Positions 42,219 through 50,881 of a DNA stretch of 64,000 nt are shown here, piece by piece. The notes beneath the pieces are model-generated. The model had not been told where the DNA came from. It ran no database searches and worked only from the letters and a program-made list of their open reading frames with translations. This DNA is from a virus. Lineage: Duplodnaviria > Heunggongvirae > Uroviricota > Caudoviricetes. The position numbers were made by a program, and so were the translations under genes. The first letter of the stretch is position 1; every line of letters starts with the position of its first letter. The DNA lies in IMG/VR virus record IMGVR_UViG_3300020059_000001, positions 14,679-78,678 of that record, one strand, 5' to 3'.

Positions 42219-42835
42219 ACCGACACCGGCTCTGACATGTCCGGGGATTCGTCCACCTTAGTGAACCGACCTGCGCCGCTGCGGTTGACTGGGGTTCCGA
42301 CGAAGTGTTCCAACGCGGCCGGGGGGATGAACCAGCCCAGCTTCTTGAGTCGCATGATGGTTTGGTCGACGGCGGACCGACCCCGGCCGGCGGTTGGTAG
42401 TCCGCCGAGGATGTTGTCGGCGACGGCTTGTGCCCCGTCGGTGGCGATGAAGTACGGCACCAGGTTGTGGAGCACGATGGCGGCGCCGACTCCGGAGATC
42501 GACCAGATGGCCTGTTCGGGAATTTCGGCGGACAGAACATGGACGTGTGGTTCCGGGCAGTGCATGGTGCAGCCGCGGCGGTCGGTGTACTGGATTGTCT
42601 TCGCGTCCTGCGGAAGGATCGCGGTGCCGGTCAGTTCACTGAGGCGGGTCGCGATTGTGACGTGCGCGGTGCGGACCTGAAGAATGAGCTGGTTCGTTTT
42701 ACGGTTCGGGTCGTTGGTGAACCGGATCTTACCCCGCGTTTCTACGACACCGGCAACGTACGCTTTCTGTTCCCTGGTGATTCGGCCAATAATCCTAACG
42801 CCACCGTCGGTCATGCTGCCTTCCCGTTCTCCCAA
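42215..42835 (-). CDS. hypothetical protein
   Basis: ORF 42215..42835; stop/start overlap with downstream gene; antisense ORF 41913..42680 rejected. Confidence 0.4.
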   Translation of the reverse strand: MGEREGSMTDGGVRIIGRITREQKAYVAGVVETRGKIRFTNDPNRKTNQLILQVRTAHVTIATRLSELTGTAILPQDAKTIQYTDRRGCTMHCPEPHVHVLSAEIPEQAIWSISGVGAAIVLHNLVPYFIATDGAQAVADNILGGLPTAGRGRSAVDQTIMRLKKLGWFIPPAALEHFVGTPVNRSGAGRFTKVDESPDMSEPVSV

Positions 42836-43055
42836 CTTTGGCGGGCCGGGGAAGATACCCTTCTTCCCCGGCCCTTCATCAAAGGATGTCGGTTTACAAG
42901 ACCAGTCCTTAGTCGGCCGTCATTCGCGAGCACCTGCGCCATTTAAGGAACGGGATTAGCTTGAATGTCACCATGAACTGCCATTGTTCGACAGCGCCAT
43001 GAGCGGCGGGCAACGCGAAAGCTTCATGGGCATCGTTGCCCCAATGGCATTGCCC

Positions 43056-43250
43056 GCCTAGAGGCGCCGGCTGGATTCGAACCAGCATCTGGTGGACGGT
43101 TTCCCTTCCGTTCGATCAGGTGGTCAACGGCAATCTTAGGCTTGGGGCGGAAGCTTCGACTTGAAGACCAGGCTGCCTCTGCCAATTGGGCTACCGAGGC
43201 ATGGAACCTCGGGCGGGATTCGAACCACGCACTGGGGCCGGAGTTGTCAA
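43056..43250 (-). other. two tRNA-like T-arm motifs (GGTTCGAATCC) on minus strand without closable acceptor stems; possible tRNA 3' remnants or attP-associated tRNA fragments
   Basis: minus-strand GCTGG-TTCGAAT-CCAGC-CGGCGCC (plus 43062-43085) and GTGG-TTCGAAT-CCCGCC (plus 43208-43228); no complementary 5' acceptor found. Confidence 0.3.
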
Positions 43251-43302
43251 CTTAAGCTTCACCTTCAGCTTGTGCCCAGCCCCTTTCGGGGCGTCCTACC
43301 GG

Positions 43303-44040
43303 CTACTCCGCAAGCAGGTAACCGAAAACTTTGTCGCCGTACTTGACGTCCACGATGTCGGCGGAGTTAGCCTCCTCGCGGGCGAACGTGACGGCGGTCT
43401 TGAGTTTCGCGACGCGTTCCTTCAGTTGGTTGACGCGGCTGACGGGCAGCGCACCGGAGAACTTCTGCAAGTACCAGCGGCCGACCGGGCTTTCCTCGGT
43501 GTACACCTCGACCTGGGCCGGGTGTTTGTCGGTCGCGTCGGCCTTGACGTGGTTGCGGTAGATCTTCTTGGTGGCTACCGTCCAGGTCGGTTCGGTGACC
43601 TGGAGCATCCGGTTCGTGTCAAAGTGGAAGTCCTGGGTCGGGTCGAGCGTCGGTAGCTTCCCGAGGATGGTGGCGACGCTTGTCAGCATCTTTTCCATGT
43701 CGAGGAGTTGTGACACCGGGACTGCTTCGAGGATTGTCTGGCCGTCGACCTTGACGTCGGCTTTCGCGAGGGTGTTAGCGGTGGCCTTGGTGGCGGTGAG
43801 GTCCATCAGCCGGCCCATCGTCTGGCTCAGCTGCCTGAGGACATCTTCGCCGGACACCTGGACGATGTTGCTCTCCGCCGGCCGCTGCTGGGCTTCGTCC
43901 TCAGTGAACGGCTGGTACGTCTTCGCGAACCCGTTCCAGAGGGCTGTCTTCTGGACCAGGTGGTAGATCCTTGTTATCTCGCTTTCGAGGTTGGACTTGG
44001 CGCCCTTCTCGATTGCGATGATCTGGTTGAGTTTCGTCAA
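43303..44040 (-). CDS. hypothetical phage protein (245 aa)
   Basis: ORF 43303..44040, ATG start. Confidence 0.45.
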   Translation of the reverse strand: MTKLNQIIAIEKGAKSNLESEITRIYHLVQKTALWNGFAKTYQPFTEDEAQQRPAESNIVQVSGEDVLRQLSQTMGRLMDLTATKATANTLAKADVKVDGQTILEAVPVSQLLDMEKMLTSVATILGKLPTLDPTQDFHFDTNRMLQVTEPTWTVATKKIYRNHVKADATDKHPAQVEVYTEESPVGRWYLQKFSGALPVSRVNQLKERVAKLKTAVTFAREEANSADIVDVKYGDKVFGYLLAE

Positions 44041-44244
44041 GACCTGTCTCTTTTCGTGACTGCCTGTGGGGGTGGCTTGGGCCTCAGGGGAGCGGCTCCG
44101 CGCCAGCGCGGACCGGCCGGTAGCGCTGGGGAGCCGCTCCCGCCTTGAGGGGGATGGGCTTGGGATCTCACGGGTTCATGTGACATCCACGGGATCGTAC
44201 GTTAGTCCCAGGTTCAGCAAGATCACAATGCGGAGACAGAAAAA

Positions 44245-44284
44245 GACCGGTCTGGTTCCCCAGGGAGGGGGAACCAGACCGGTC
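44245..44284 (-). terminator. rho-independent terminator (15-bp stem GACCGGTCTGGTTCC/GGAACCAGACCGGTC; U-run TTTTTCTG on minus strand)
   Basis: read directly; downstream of minus-strand membrane-protein gene. Confidence 0.6.
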
Positions 44285-44433
44285 AGACCAGGATGGACTA
44301 GAGCTTTTTGTGACGTTCGAGGTACGACTTCGTTGCCTGATAGACAGGTCTCGCGCTAACCGCGGCAGCGACCGCCGCGGCGGCGATGCCCAGATACTTC
44401 AACGCCCGCTTCATGCCCCACTCCAATCCGGGG

Positions 44434-44877
44434 TCACCCTACCGACGACCGCGGCGGGAACGGAGGAGGCGGCGTGGCCGGTGGTGGCACCAGCGTTGGC
44501 CGCAGCGGCTGCTCCGCCGCCAACGTGGCAGACGTCTTCGCAGCCTCCACGAGCTGTACCACCTTCGCCGGGCTGTACACGTGGCTACGTGCCCACGCGG
44601 CAAGGACGATCGGCGCTATCACGCTGACTACGGCGATGATGGCCGCCCGCTGATCGTTGGAGATCGGCACCCCGAACGCGACGACCGCGTCCAGGATCAG
44701 GGTAGCGACGGTGACGACGAGTGCCCGGTTGAACAACGGCTCAGTGAGCCATTCCGGGTAACGGCTTGACCGCTGAACGTGATGCCCAAAATGACGGAAC
44801 TCGCCCAGAAGTACCCGGATGCAACGAAACGACGCAGAACCCCGATATGAAGGTGGTCCTTCCGAGATCAACTTCAT
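44434..44877 (-). CDS. membrane protein fragment (2 TM helices); likely 3' part of a gene split by the IS5-family insertion
   Basis: TM ALVVTVATLILDAVVAFGV and AAIIAVVSVIAPIVLAAWA; N-terminal residues read through IS end. Confidence 0.4.
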   Translation of the reverse strand: MKLISEGPPSYRGSASFRCIRVLLGEFRHFGHHVQRSSRYPEWLTEPLFNRALVVTVATLILDAVVAFGVPISNDQRAAIIAVVSVIAPIVLAAWARSHVYSPAKVVQLVEAAKTSATLAAEQPLRPTLVPPPATPPPPFPPRSSVG

Positions 44878-44879
44878 AG

Positions 44880-45720
44880 GGGTCCTGCGTCAGCCATGAG
44901 TGTCACATACACCGCCACGCTCAGCGTGCGCGAGGAGACCGTACTGTCCCTGTCCGGCCTACTGCACGCCGAGCGACTACGTCGAGGTACCCGCCGCAAC
45001 CGCCGCGCCCTGGGCTGTTTCAAGCAGGCGATCCTGGTCATCCGCTGGTTCCTGGACGGCACCAGGGTCAAGCAGTTGGCCATGGACAACGGCATCGGCA
45101 AGTCCACCGCCTACCAGTATCTGTGCGAGGGCATCGCCGTACTCGCGGCACGAGCCCCGAAGCTGGAATCCGCGCTGCTGGCCGCGAAAATGGCCGGCTA
45201 CTCCCATATCAACATCGATGGAACACTGATCGAGACCGACCGCTGCCGCACACCCGGCCCCACCCCCGGCGTCGATCTATGGTGGTCGGGAAAACACAAC
45301 AACCACGGCGGCAACATCCAGGTCATCACCGCGCCCGACGGCTGGCCGCTGTGGACCTCCGCGGTCCGTCCGGGCCGAGAACACGACACCACCGCCGTGC
45401 GTACCCACGCAGAGATCCTTCCCCTGCTCGCCACCATCGCCGACGATCTCCGCAGCCTGGGTGACCTGGGCTACGAGGGCGAGTCCGCCACCATCACCGT
45501 GGCGTTCAAGAAGCCCAAGGACGGCGAGTTGACCGACATCCAGCAAGCCTTCAACACCGCCCACAACGGGCTACGCGCTATCGGCGAACGCGGCAACTCC
45601 TTGCTGAAGACCACTTTCAAGGCGTTGCGCAACGTCAGCCTCTGCCCCTGGAAGATCGGCGACATCGTCGCCGCAGCGCTCGTCCTGCTGCACATCGAAC
45701 ACGGCCGCACAACCTGACTA
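44880..45720 (+). mobile_element. IS5-family (DDE_Tnp_4 type) insertion; ends not resolved
   Basis: single transposase ORF flanked by two halves of a membrane-protein gene. Confidence 0.5.
44896..45717 (+). CDS. IS5/IS1182-like DDE transposase (DDE_Tnp_4 with N-terminal HTH)
   Basis: 273 aa; HINIDGTLIETDR, DLGYEGE DDE region; only + strand gene in this block. Confidence 0.7.
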   Translation: MSVTYTATLSVREETVLSLSGLLHAERLRRGTRRNRRALGCFKQAILVIRWFLDGTRVKQLAMDNGIGKSTAYQYLCEGIAVLAARAPKLESALLAAKMAGYSHINIDGTLIETDRCRTPGPTPGVDLWWSGKHNNHGGNIQVITAPDGWPLWTSAVRPGREHDTTAVRTHAEILPLLATIADDLRSLGDLGYEGESATITVAFKKPKDGELTDIQQAFNTAHNGLRAIGERGNSLLKTTFKALRNVSLCPWKIGDIVAAALVLLHIEHGRTT

Positions 45721-46011
45721 CTCAACGCCACAAGCCGTTACCCGGAAAGGCTCAGTGGGATGGTCAACATTGGGATCAAGCGGACTCGTCACGACTGCCT
45801 CCCTGTCATAACGCGATCGGAAATGACTCGGCAGCCAGGCGATCAAGATCCCGATGGCCGCCATGGTGATCCCCTTCGGGATGTTGTCGGCGATCAGATC
45901 TGTCCACGGCACCGTGTTCGACGACTGGTCCCAGGCGGCCCAGCACTCCATGCCAATCGCAGTCACCGTAATGGTAAGGAAGCTACCGATCCATAAACCG
46001 CGTTTCATCAC
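45718..46011 (-). CDS. membrane protein fragment (2 TM), 5' part of gene disrupted by IS insertion
   Basis: MMKRGLWIGSFLTITVTAIGM...ITMAAIGILIAWL; stop falls at IS boundary. Confidence 0.4.
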   Translation of the reverse strand: MMKRGLWIGSFLTITVTAIGMECWAAWDQSSNTVPWTDLIADNIPKGITMAAIGILIAWLPSHFRSRYDREAVVTSPLDPNVDHPTEPFRVTACGVE

Positions 46012-46322
46012 TAAACCCGCTCTGGCCAGTGCCAGGTGCCGCCACGGCGATCGACCTCGTCCTGTGGACTGCGGTTGAAGAACAGGCCCGCAGGATTCAT
46101 CACCACCAAATCGACAACGACAGCGTCGCTATCCCACATCTCGACGCGAGCACCATCGCCCACCGGCAGTAACGCACCCTCGGGAACGCCGGCCACGATC
46201 GCCGCGCGACACGTCGAGGAGTACTCACCTCCCGGTGTGCCGTAACTAACGTAGTGAACAATTCGGCCTACGGACGGTTTTTGGTCCGACATCTGTCCCG
46301 GTCGTGTTTCAGGGAGTGCCAC
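46011..46322 (-). CDS. hypothetical protein
   Basis: ORF 46011..46322. Confidence 0.3.
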   Translation of the reverse strand: MALPETRPGQMSDQKPSVGRIVHYVSYGTPGGEYSSTCRAAIVAGVPEGALLPVGDGARVEMWDSDAVVVDLVVMNPAGLFFNRSPQDEVDRRGGTWHWPERV

Positions 46323-46461
46323 GCCAGCCCGTCCATGGTCGGAAGTCGAACAGCAAATGCAAGGCGATGAACACGAAGCCGAGGACTGTCAGGTCAATCG
46401 AACCCAAGCTGACGTGGAACAAGGCCAGGATGAAACAGATCAACGCAACGAGTGCGAACAT
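46309..46461 (-). CDS. small hydrophobic holin-like membrane protein (50 aa)
   Basis: not in ORF track; GGAGGCG RBS 5 nt upstream of ATG 46459-46461; MFALVALICFILALFHVSLGSIDLTVLGFVFIALHLLF; immediately downstream of endolysin. Confidence 0.5.
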   Translation of the reverse strand: MFALVALICFILALFHVSLGSIDLTVLGFVFIALHLLFDFRPWTGWRGTP

Positions 46462-46476
46462 TTCTGCGCCTCCAGG

Positions 46477-47445
46477 CTAGGCTTCGGTGCCTTGACGCAA
46501 CGCGAGTTTGACGTCGGCGACAACCGCGGCGTGGTCGGCGGCGGTCAGACCGTTGGCGTTCGACGCGATCAGCGCATTGGTTATCTTTGTGCCCAACGCA
46601 TCGACGTCGACACCGCCCTGCCGGAGCACGTCCAGGTCAGCCTGTAACGCTCCGATGGCGGTGTGCATGTCGCGGAGCTTCTTGACGAACCACCAGCCGG
46701 CGCCGTCGGCGTCTGCCCAGCCGGTCTTGTCACCGGTGCGGAGTACGGTGTTGATGTCGGCAGCAGCAACGTCGGCTGAGAACGGGAAGTTTTTGGGCTG
46801 GCCTAGCCCACTCCAGTCGGACATTGTGGGTCCTCCCTGCGTTAGGGCCTTGTACTGGTCGAGGGTGCCTTTGTAGGCGTTGAAGTCGCTGGTGCCGCCG
46901 CCGTAGGGCAACTTGTCGGTGTACTGCCACTGGACTACCGGCACGCCGCCGTAGCCGGCCCAGCCAGGGCCGGTGTCGGAGTAGGCGGTGTAGTTGCTGG
47001 AAACTAGACCCAGTCCAGTAGCGGTTAACGGTCGCAGGTCGGGCGAGCCCATGTTGTTTTGCCAATACCAGTGTGGCAGATAGGCCAGGTTGCAGTTGCC
47101 GCCGAGGCGGCGCAGCTCGATGGCGAAACCGGTGATGTCAGCAACTGCCAGTGCCCCGTTGTAGCCGGTGTTCCCGGCGGTGTCTTCGGCGTCGATCATG
47201 ACCGGGGTATGGCCGACCGCGGCGAAGCAGAACTGGGCCTGCGCCGCAGCGTTTCCGTGGTTCAGCCAGTGGTAGGCGGTGAAATAGGCACCGACGCGGG
47301 CTGCCTGATCCCGAAACTTGGCGTAACCACTATCGATGAGTCGGGTACCGTGGGTAGCTTTAGCGATAACCACCGCGGTATTCGGTTCGATGGTTACTCC
47401 ACGATCAATGTCGTAATGACTGACATCAGGGAAGAAGATTGGCAT
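46477..47445 (-). CDS. endolysin, glycoside hydrolase family 25 (lysozyme) catalytic domain plus C-terminal domain
   Basis: FFPDVSHYDIDRG...AVVIAKATHGTRLIDSGY GH25 signature; ORF 46477..47517, ATG 47445 preferred. Confidence 0.7.
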   Translation of the reverse strand: MPIFFPDVSHYDIDRGVTIEPNTAVVIAKATHGTRLIDSGYAKFRDQAARVGAYFTAYHWLNHGNAAAQAQFCFAAVGHTPVMIDAEDTAGNTGYNGALAVADITGFAIELRRLGGNCNLAYLPHWYWQNNMGSPDLRPLTATGLGLVSSNYTAYSDTGPGWAGYGGVPVVQWQYTDKLPYGGGTSDFNAYKGTLDQYKALTQGGPTMSDWSGLGQPKNFPFSADVAAADINTVLRTGDKTGWADADGAGWWFVKKLRDMHTAIGALQADLDVLRQGGVDVDALGTKITNALIASNANGLTAADHAAVVADVKLALRQGTEA

Positions 47446-47807
47446 TACGACCCCACATCCGCTCCAGCGTGAATGGTGAACAGCTTCACGGTGCCGAATA
47501 CCAATACCTGCGCCCATGTCCTGAACGTGGGGGCAGGGTCGCCGGGTTGCGCCCAGCCGCCGGCCAGCCGCCGCAGCACTATGCCGTTAGGGTTAGCGGC
47601 GTTATAGACAACGACGCATTCCCACAGTGCCGGTTCCGGCTGTGGCGGCGGCGCTAACTCGGTAAGTTGAGAGTCGTCGAGACGGACCCTTGCCACCAAC
47701 GGTGTCGTGATCCGCACGTCGCGGAGCGTCCCGTTGACCGCAGACACGACACCTTGCAGGCTACCGAGGACCACCGGAAGTTGTACTTGGGAGTTGATGC
47801 CGGTCAC
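47445..47807 (-). CDS. hypothetical tail-module protein
   Basis: GTG 47805-47807 with GGAGGTGA RBS; GTGA overlap with upstream minor tail gene. Confidence 0.4.
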   Translation of the reverse strand: MTGINSQVQLPVVLGSLQGVVSAVNGTLRDVRITTPLVARVRLDDSQLTELAPPPQPEPALWECVVVYNAANPNGIVLRRLAGGWAQPGDPAPTFRTWAQVLVFGTVKLFTIHAGADVGS

Positions 47808-47811
47808 GGGG

Positions 47812-49464
47812 TCACCTCCGGCGGATCGGCGGCTTACGGGCCAACTCGGCAAGCGCACGGACGGTGGTCTGCGGGTACGCGTCCAGTTCTAGATCCGCCG
47901 ATGCGGACGAGGCCTGGTACGAAACCGCCTTGACCCGGAACACGGTGGATCCGTCCCGGCCGGACGGATTCAGACTGTCCACGTTGGCTTGCACACCACG
48001 TACCCGGATCAATCTGCCGGGTTTGATTTCCCATGGCATGACCATGCGGCCGGTGACGAAGTCGATGATTGGTCGGGCCACGGTTAACGTGCCAGCGTTG
48101 GGTGGGTACAGGTGGTCGGCGAGGAACTGGTCACCGACCTGGGTCGCGTTCGCGGTGGAACCTATGTTGTCGCCGAGGTCGATTGGCCATTCCCGGGTCA
48201 GGCCGGCCGCGGTCAGCCGCGGCACACTCTGGGTACGTTGCAGGTTTTTGATGTTGCCGCTGGTGGTCTGGTACCGCACCCGGACCGCGTTGTATAGCTC
48301 TACAGCGGAGCCCGGGGATACGAACCCGTCGGCGATTCCTGCCTCGTAGCCGACGGTTGTTGGCCAGGCGACCCACTCGAACCTGTTCAAGCCAGCGGAG
48401 TTGGCTTCCCATGCAGCCCAGTAGAACGCGGCTTCGAGGACCATCAGGTCTTCGAAGACCTTCTTCGGGGACACACCGTCGTAGTAGGCAAGTTGGTCGA
48501 TGGCGTACGAGTTCGCGGCGATACTCGCCCCGGCACCGTCGTAGAGGGGAAGGAACCGGCCAAGTAGGTCGGCAACGACCTGGTCGGCGGTGACGGTACC
48601 TAGCGTGTACCCGCTGGTGATCTCCGCGCCGGCTTTGGTGAGGAGCAGTGTCCGGACATACCAGTCGTCGAACTCGAACCAGCACAGGTCGTCTGGCACA
48701 ACGTTGCCGCTGGCGCCGTCGTGACGGGCCCTGAACGTGACGCAGTTGTTTCCGTTGACGATGTTGCCGCCGTCGGTGGTTAGTTTCCCGACCAGGATCA
48801 CGCCGCCGGTAGAGGCGGTCGCGTCGTCGGCGACGACCTTTGTACCACTGGGGCCGGTCTTTGTGATGATCTGAATTTTCCAGGCGGTGTCGACGAATCC
48901 GACGTCGGAGTCGACCCGGACCCGGGCAACCTTCTGGCCGGCGAAGAAGATCTGCTGGTAGAGGTTGTCGGCGACGTCGGTCGCACCGGGTACGTCGGTT
49001 CCGCGGGGCACGTTTGCCATCAGACCCCCGCCGGGGTCCATGTCATCGTTGGTCACTTGCCAATTGACGTAATTTTTGTTGATGGAGCTGGGTTTGAACG
49101 AGGTGCTTTGCCGGTCGACGACGATGTAGGGGCGGGTAATGTCTTCGGCGTGTGCTGATGGGCCTATCGCAGCGACGGCCCAGATTTCTCCGTCGCCGGC
49201 CGTGCGGCCGAGGTCTTCTACCCGGCCTTCGGCGACGACCTGACCGTTGCGTCGGTCGATGACTGAGACGGTGGAGTAGTAGTCCAGTTCGTCGCGTTGC
49301 AGTCGCAGTGGTGCGTCGAGTTGGAACTGCACGTTGGCGAATCCGCCCGGCGCCACCGACCGGAAGGAAAGGTCTCGTAGGTCTCCGGTGACGATCCGGT
49401 CGGCGCGGATTGTCCGCAGCCGAACAGCGAGGGGGATGGGGATACTCACGGTGCCCCCTCGCAC
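47812..49464 (-). CDS. minor tail protein (Tal/baseplate-hub position)
   Basis: 550 aa, second ORF downstream of tape measure. Confidence 0.5.
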   Translation of the reverse strand: MRGGTVSIPIPLAVRLRTIRADRIVTGDLRDLSFRSVAPGGFANVQFQLDAPLRLQRDELDYYSTVSVIDRRNGQVVAEGRVEDLGRTAGDGEIWAVAAIGPSAHAEDITRPYIVVDRQSTSFKPSSINKNYVNWQVTNDDMDPGGGLMANVPRGTDVPGATDVADNLYQQIFFAGQKVARVRVDSDVGFVDTAWKIQIITKTGPSGTKVVADDATASTGGVILVGKLTTDGGNIVNGNNCVTFRARHDGASGNVVPDDLCWFEFDDWYVRTLLLTKAGAEITSGYTLGTVTADQVVADLLGRFLPLYDGAGASIAANSYAIDQLAYYDGVSPKKVFEDLMVLEAAFYWAAWEANSAGLNRFEWVAWPTTVGYEAGIADGFVSPGSAVELYNAVRVRYQTTSGNIKNLQRTQSVPRLTAAGLTREWPIDLGDNIGSTANATQVGDQFLADHLYPPNAGTLTVARPIIDFVTGRMVMPWEIKPGRLIRVRGVQANVDSLNPSGRDGSTVFRVKAVSYQASSASADLELDAYPQTTVRALAELARKPPIRRR

Positions 49465-49480
49465 ATCCAGAAACAGACCG

Positions 49481-50881
49481 TCAGGTTGTAGATGGTCTTA
49501 TGTATAAATATCTCGGGAAGTAGCTCAAGGTGATGTCGGTGGTGTTGGTGATCGCGTCCGATGCGCCGCTCGTCGACCCGACGTCGCGGATGAACACAAT
49601 CCGGTTGGTGACGTTCGGGGTCAGCATCGGGAACCCGGGACCTGCCAGCTCGTTCGCGCCGACGTTGTTCACACTGTCGGTGGCGTCAAGGATGTAGGCC
49701 ATTTCGTTGATGCCGTCGAGGACCGCCTCGAAGGTGGCATCATTGATTGAGGTCCACTTGACCAGACAAAACGCGTCATCCGCCGGGACATACAAGAAGA
49801 AGTCGAAGTCCAACGTCGTCGTACCCGACGACCGGGCCGCCCAGACCTCCACGGTCTGGCCACCGACGACCTGTTCCACATTGGAGTATCCGTCGTAGAC
49901 CGGGTCGGGTGCAGACGGCATGGGGATGAACTGGGGTGCCGGGGTCAGGTCAACGAAACGGAACAATGTCGACGCCGGCAGCGTCACCTGGTCGTTGGTG
50001 TACGTGGCGCTGTTCCATTTCACCTGGACCAACACCGGGTCACCGGAGACGGACTTCTTGATCCTGGCGTACAGCTTGTAGGTTCCGCGGAGGTTCGCGT
50101 CGTCAGTCGGCGCGGGGAGAGTCAGCCGGAGACTGTTCGTCGCGGTGGAAAACGTACACCTGGAGAAGTTGTTACCCGAACCCGAGTAGGTGGCGTCGTT
50201 CGCCTGCGTCGTTGTGTTTGTGCCCTGGGTGCAGCTTTCCGCCTGGACAAGGAACGGCATCGACGATGGTGTCCCCCTACGCCGGACCGCGAACAAGGAC
50301 TGACGCTTCGTGGCGTCGAACACCTTGTCCGCGGCCATCCGTAGCACTACCGGGGTCTCTACGTCTCCCTTAATACCGGTTACATCCCAGAAGCAACCGT
50401 TAGCCGACGCTGGGTTGTTAGCCACCGTCACCGGGGCCAGTGTTTGTTTTATGCCGTACGCGAAAGGTTCAGCGAGAATGTCCACTGTCGCTTCACGTAG
50501 CGTCGGCAAAATCTCCACCACCGACGAAATGTCGGAGCGCAGCGTCCGGAAAAACACCGGGTTGGTCAGGGAGTCGGCCTGCCACATGAGGATGTTGTTC
50601 GGCCGGTTCAGTTCCCGTGCAAGGACCTGGATCTGGGTAGCCTGCTGGTCCTCGGTGATCGTCGGCTGTAGTTGCAGCAGTAGCCGCACCGTTCGGTTGT
50701 CGTAGGCACTGGCTGGGATGCGTGCCCCGTCGGCGAGTAGCGTTTGGGCTATCGCACGACGCAGCGGCGGCGGCGAAAACCCGCTGCTGTTGAGGGTCCG
50801 CCACACCAGCCCGTCGTTTAGATTCAACCGCTGCACCGGGGTAGCAGAGATCGAATCGACAAACTGGACGATGTGTACCAC
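49481..50881 (-). CDS. minor tail protein (distal tail protein position)
   Basis: 466 aa, immediately downstream of tape measure stop. Confidence 0.5.
   Translation of the reverse strand: MVHIVQFVDSISATPVQRLNLNDGLVWRTLNSSGFSPPPLRRAIAQTLLADGARIPASAYDNRTVRLLLQLQPTITEDQQATQIQVLARELNRPNNILMWQADSLTNPVFFRTLRSDISSVVEILPTLREATVDILAEPFAYGIKQTLAPVTVANNPASANGCFWDVTGIKGDVETPVVLRMAADKVFDATKRQSLFAVRRRGTPSSMPFLVQAESCTQGTNTTTQANDATYSGSGNNFSRCTFSTATNSLRLTLPAPTDDANLRGTYKLYARIKKSVSGDPVLVQVKWNSATYTNDQVTLPASTLFRFVDLTPAPQFIPMPSAPDPVYDGYSNVEQVVGGQTVEVWAARSSGTTTLDFDFFLYVPADDAFCLVKWTSINDATFEAVLDGINEMAYILDATDSVNNVGANELAGPGFPMLTPNVTNRIVFIRDVGSTSGASDAITNTTDITLSYFPRYLYIRPSTT

Noticed and set aside
41913-42680. 255-aa plus-strand ORF
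   Set aside because: The two minus-strand ORFs (41817..42218 and 42215..42835) show typical stop/start overlap and fit the co-oriented block. The plus-strand ORF lacks an RBS.
43056-43250. Complete minus-strand tRNA genes
   Set aside because: The T-arms are good, but no 5' acceptor strand complementary to the 3' acceptor could be found within 70-95 nt.
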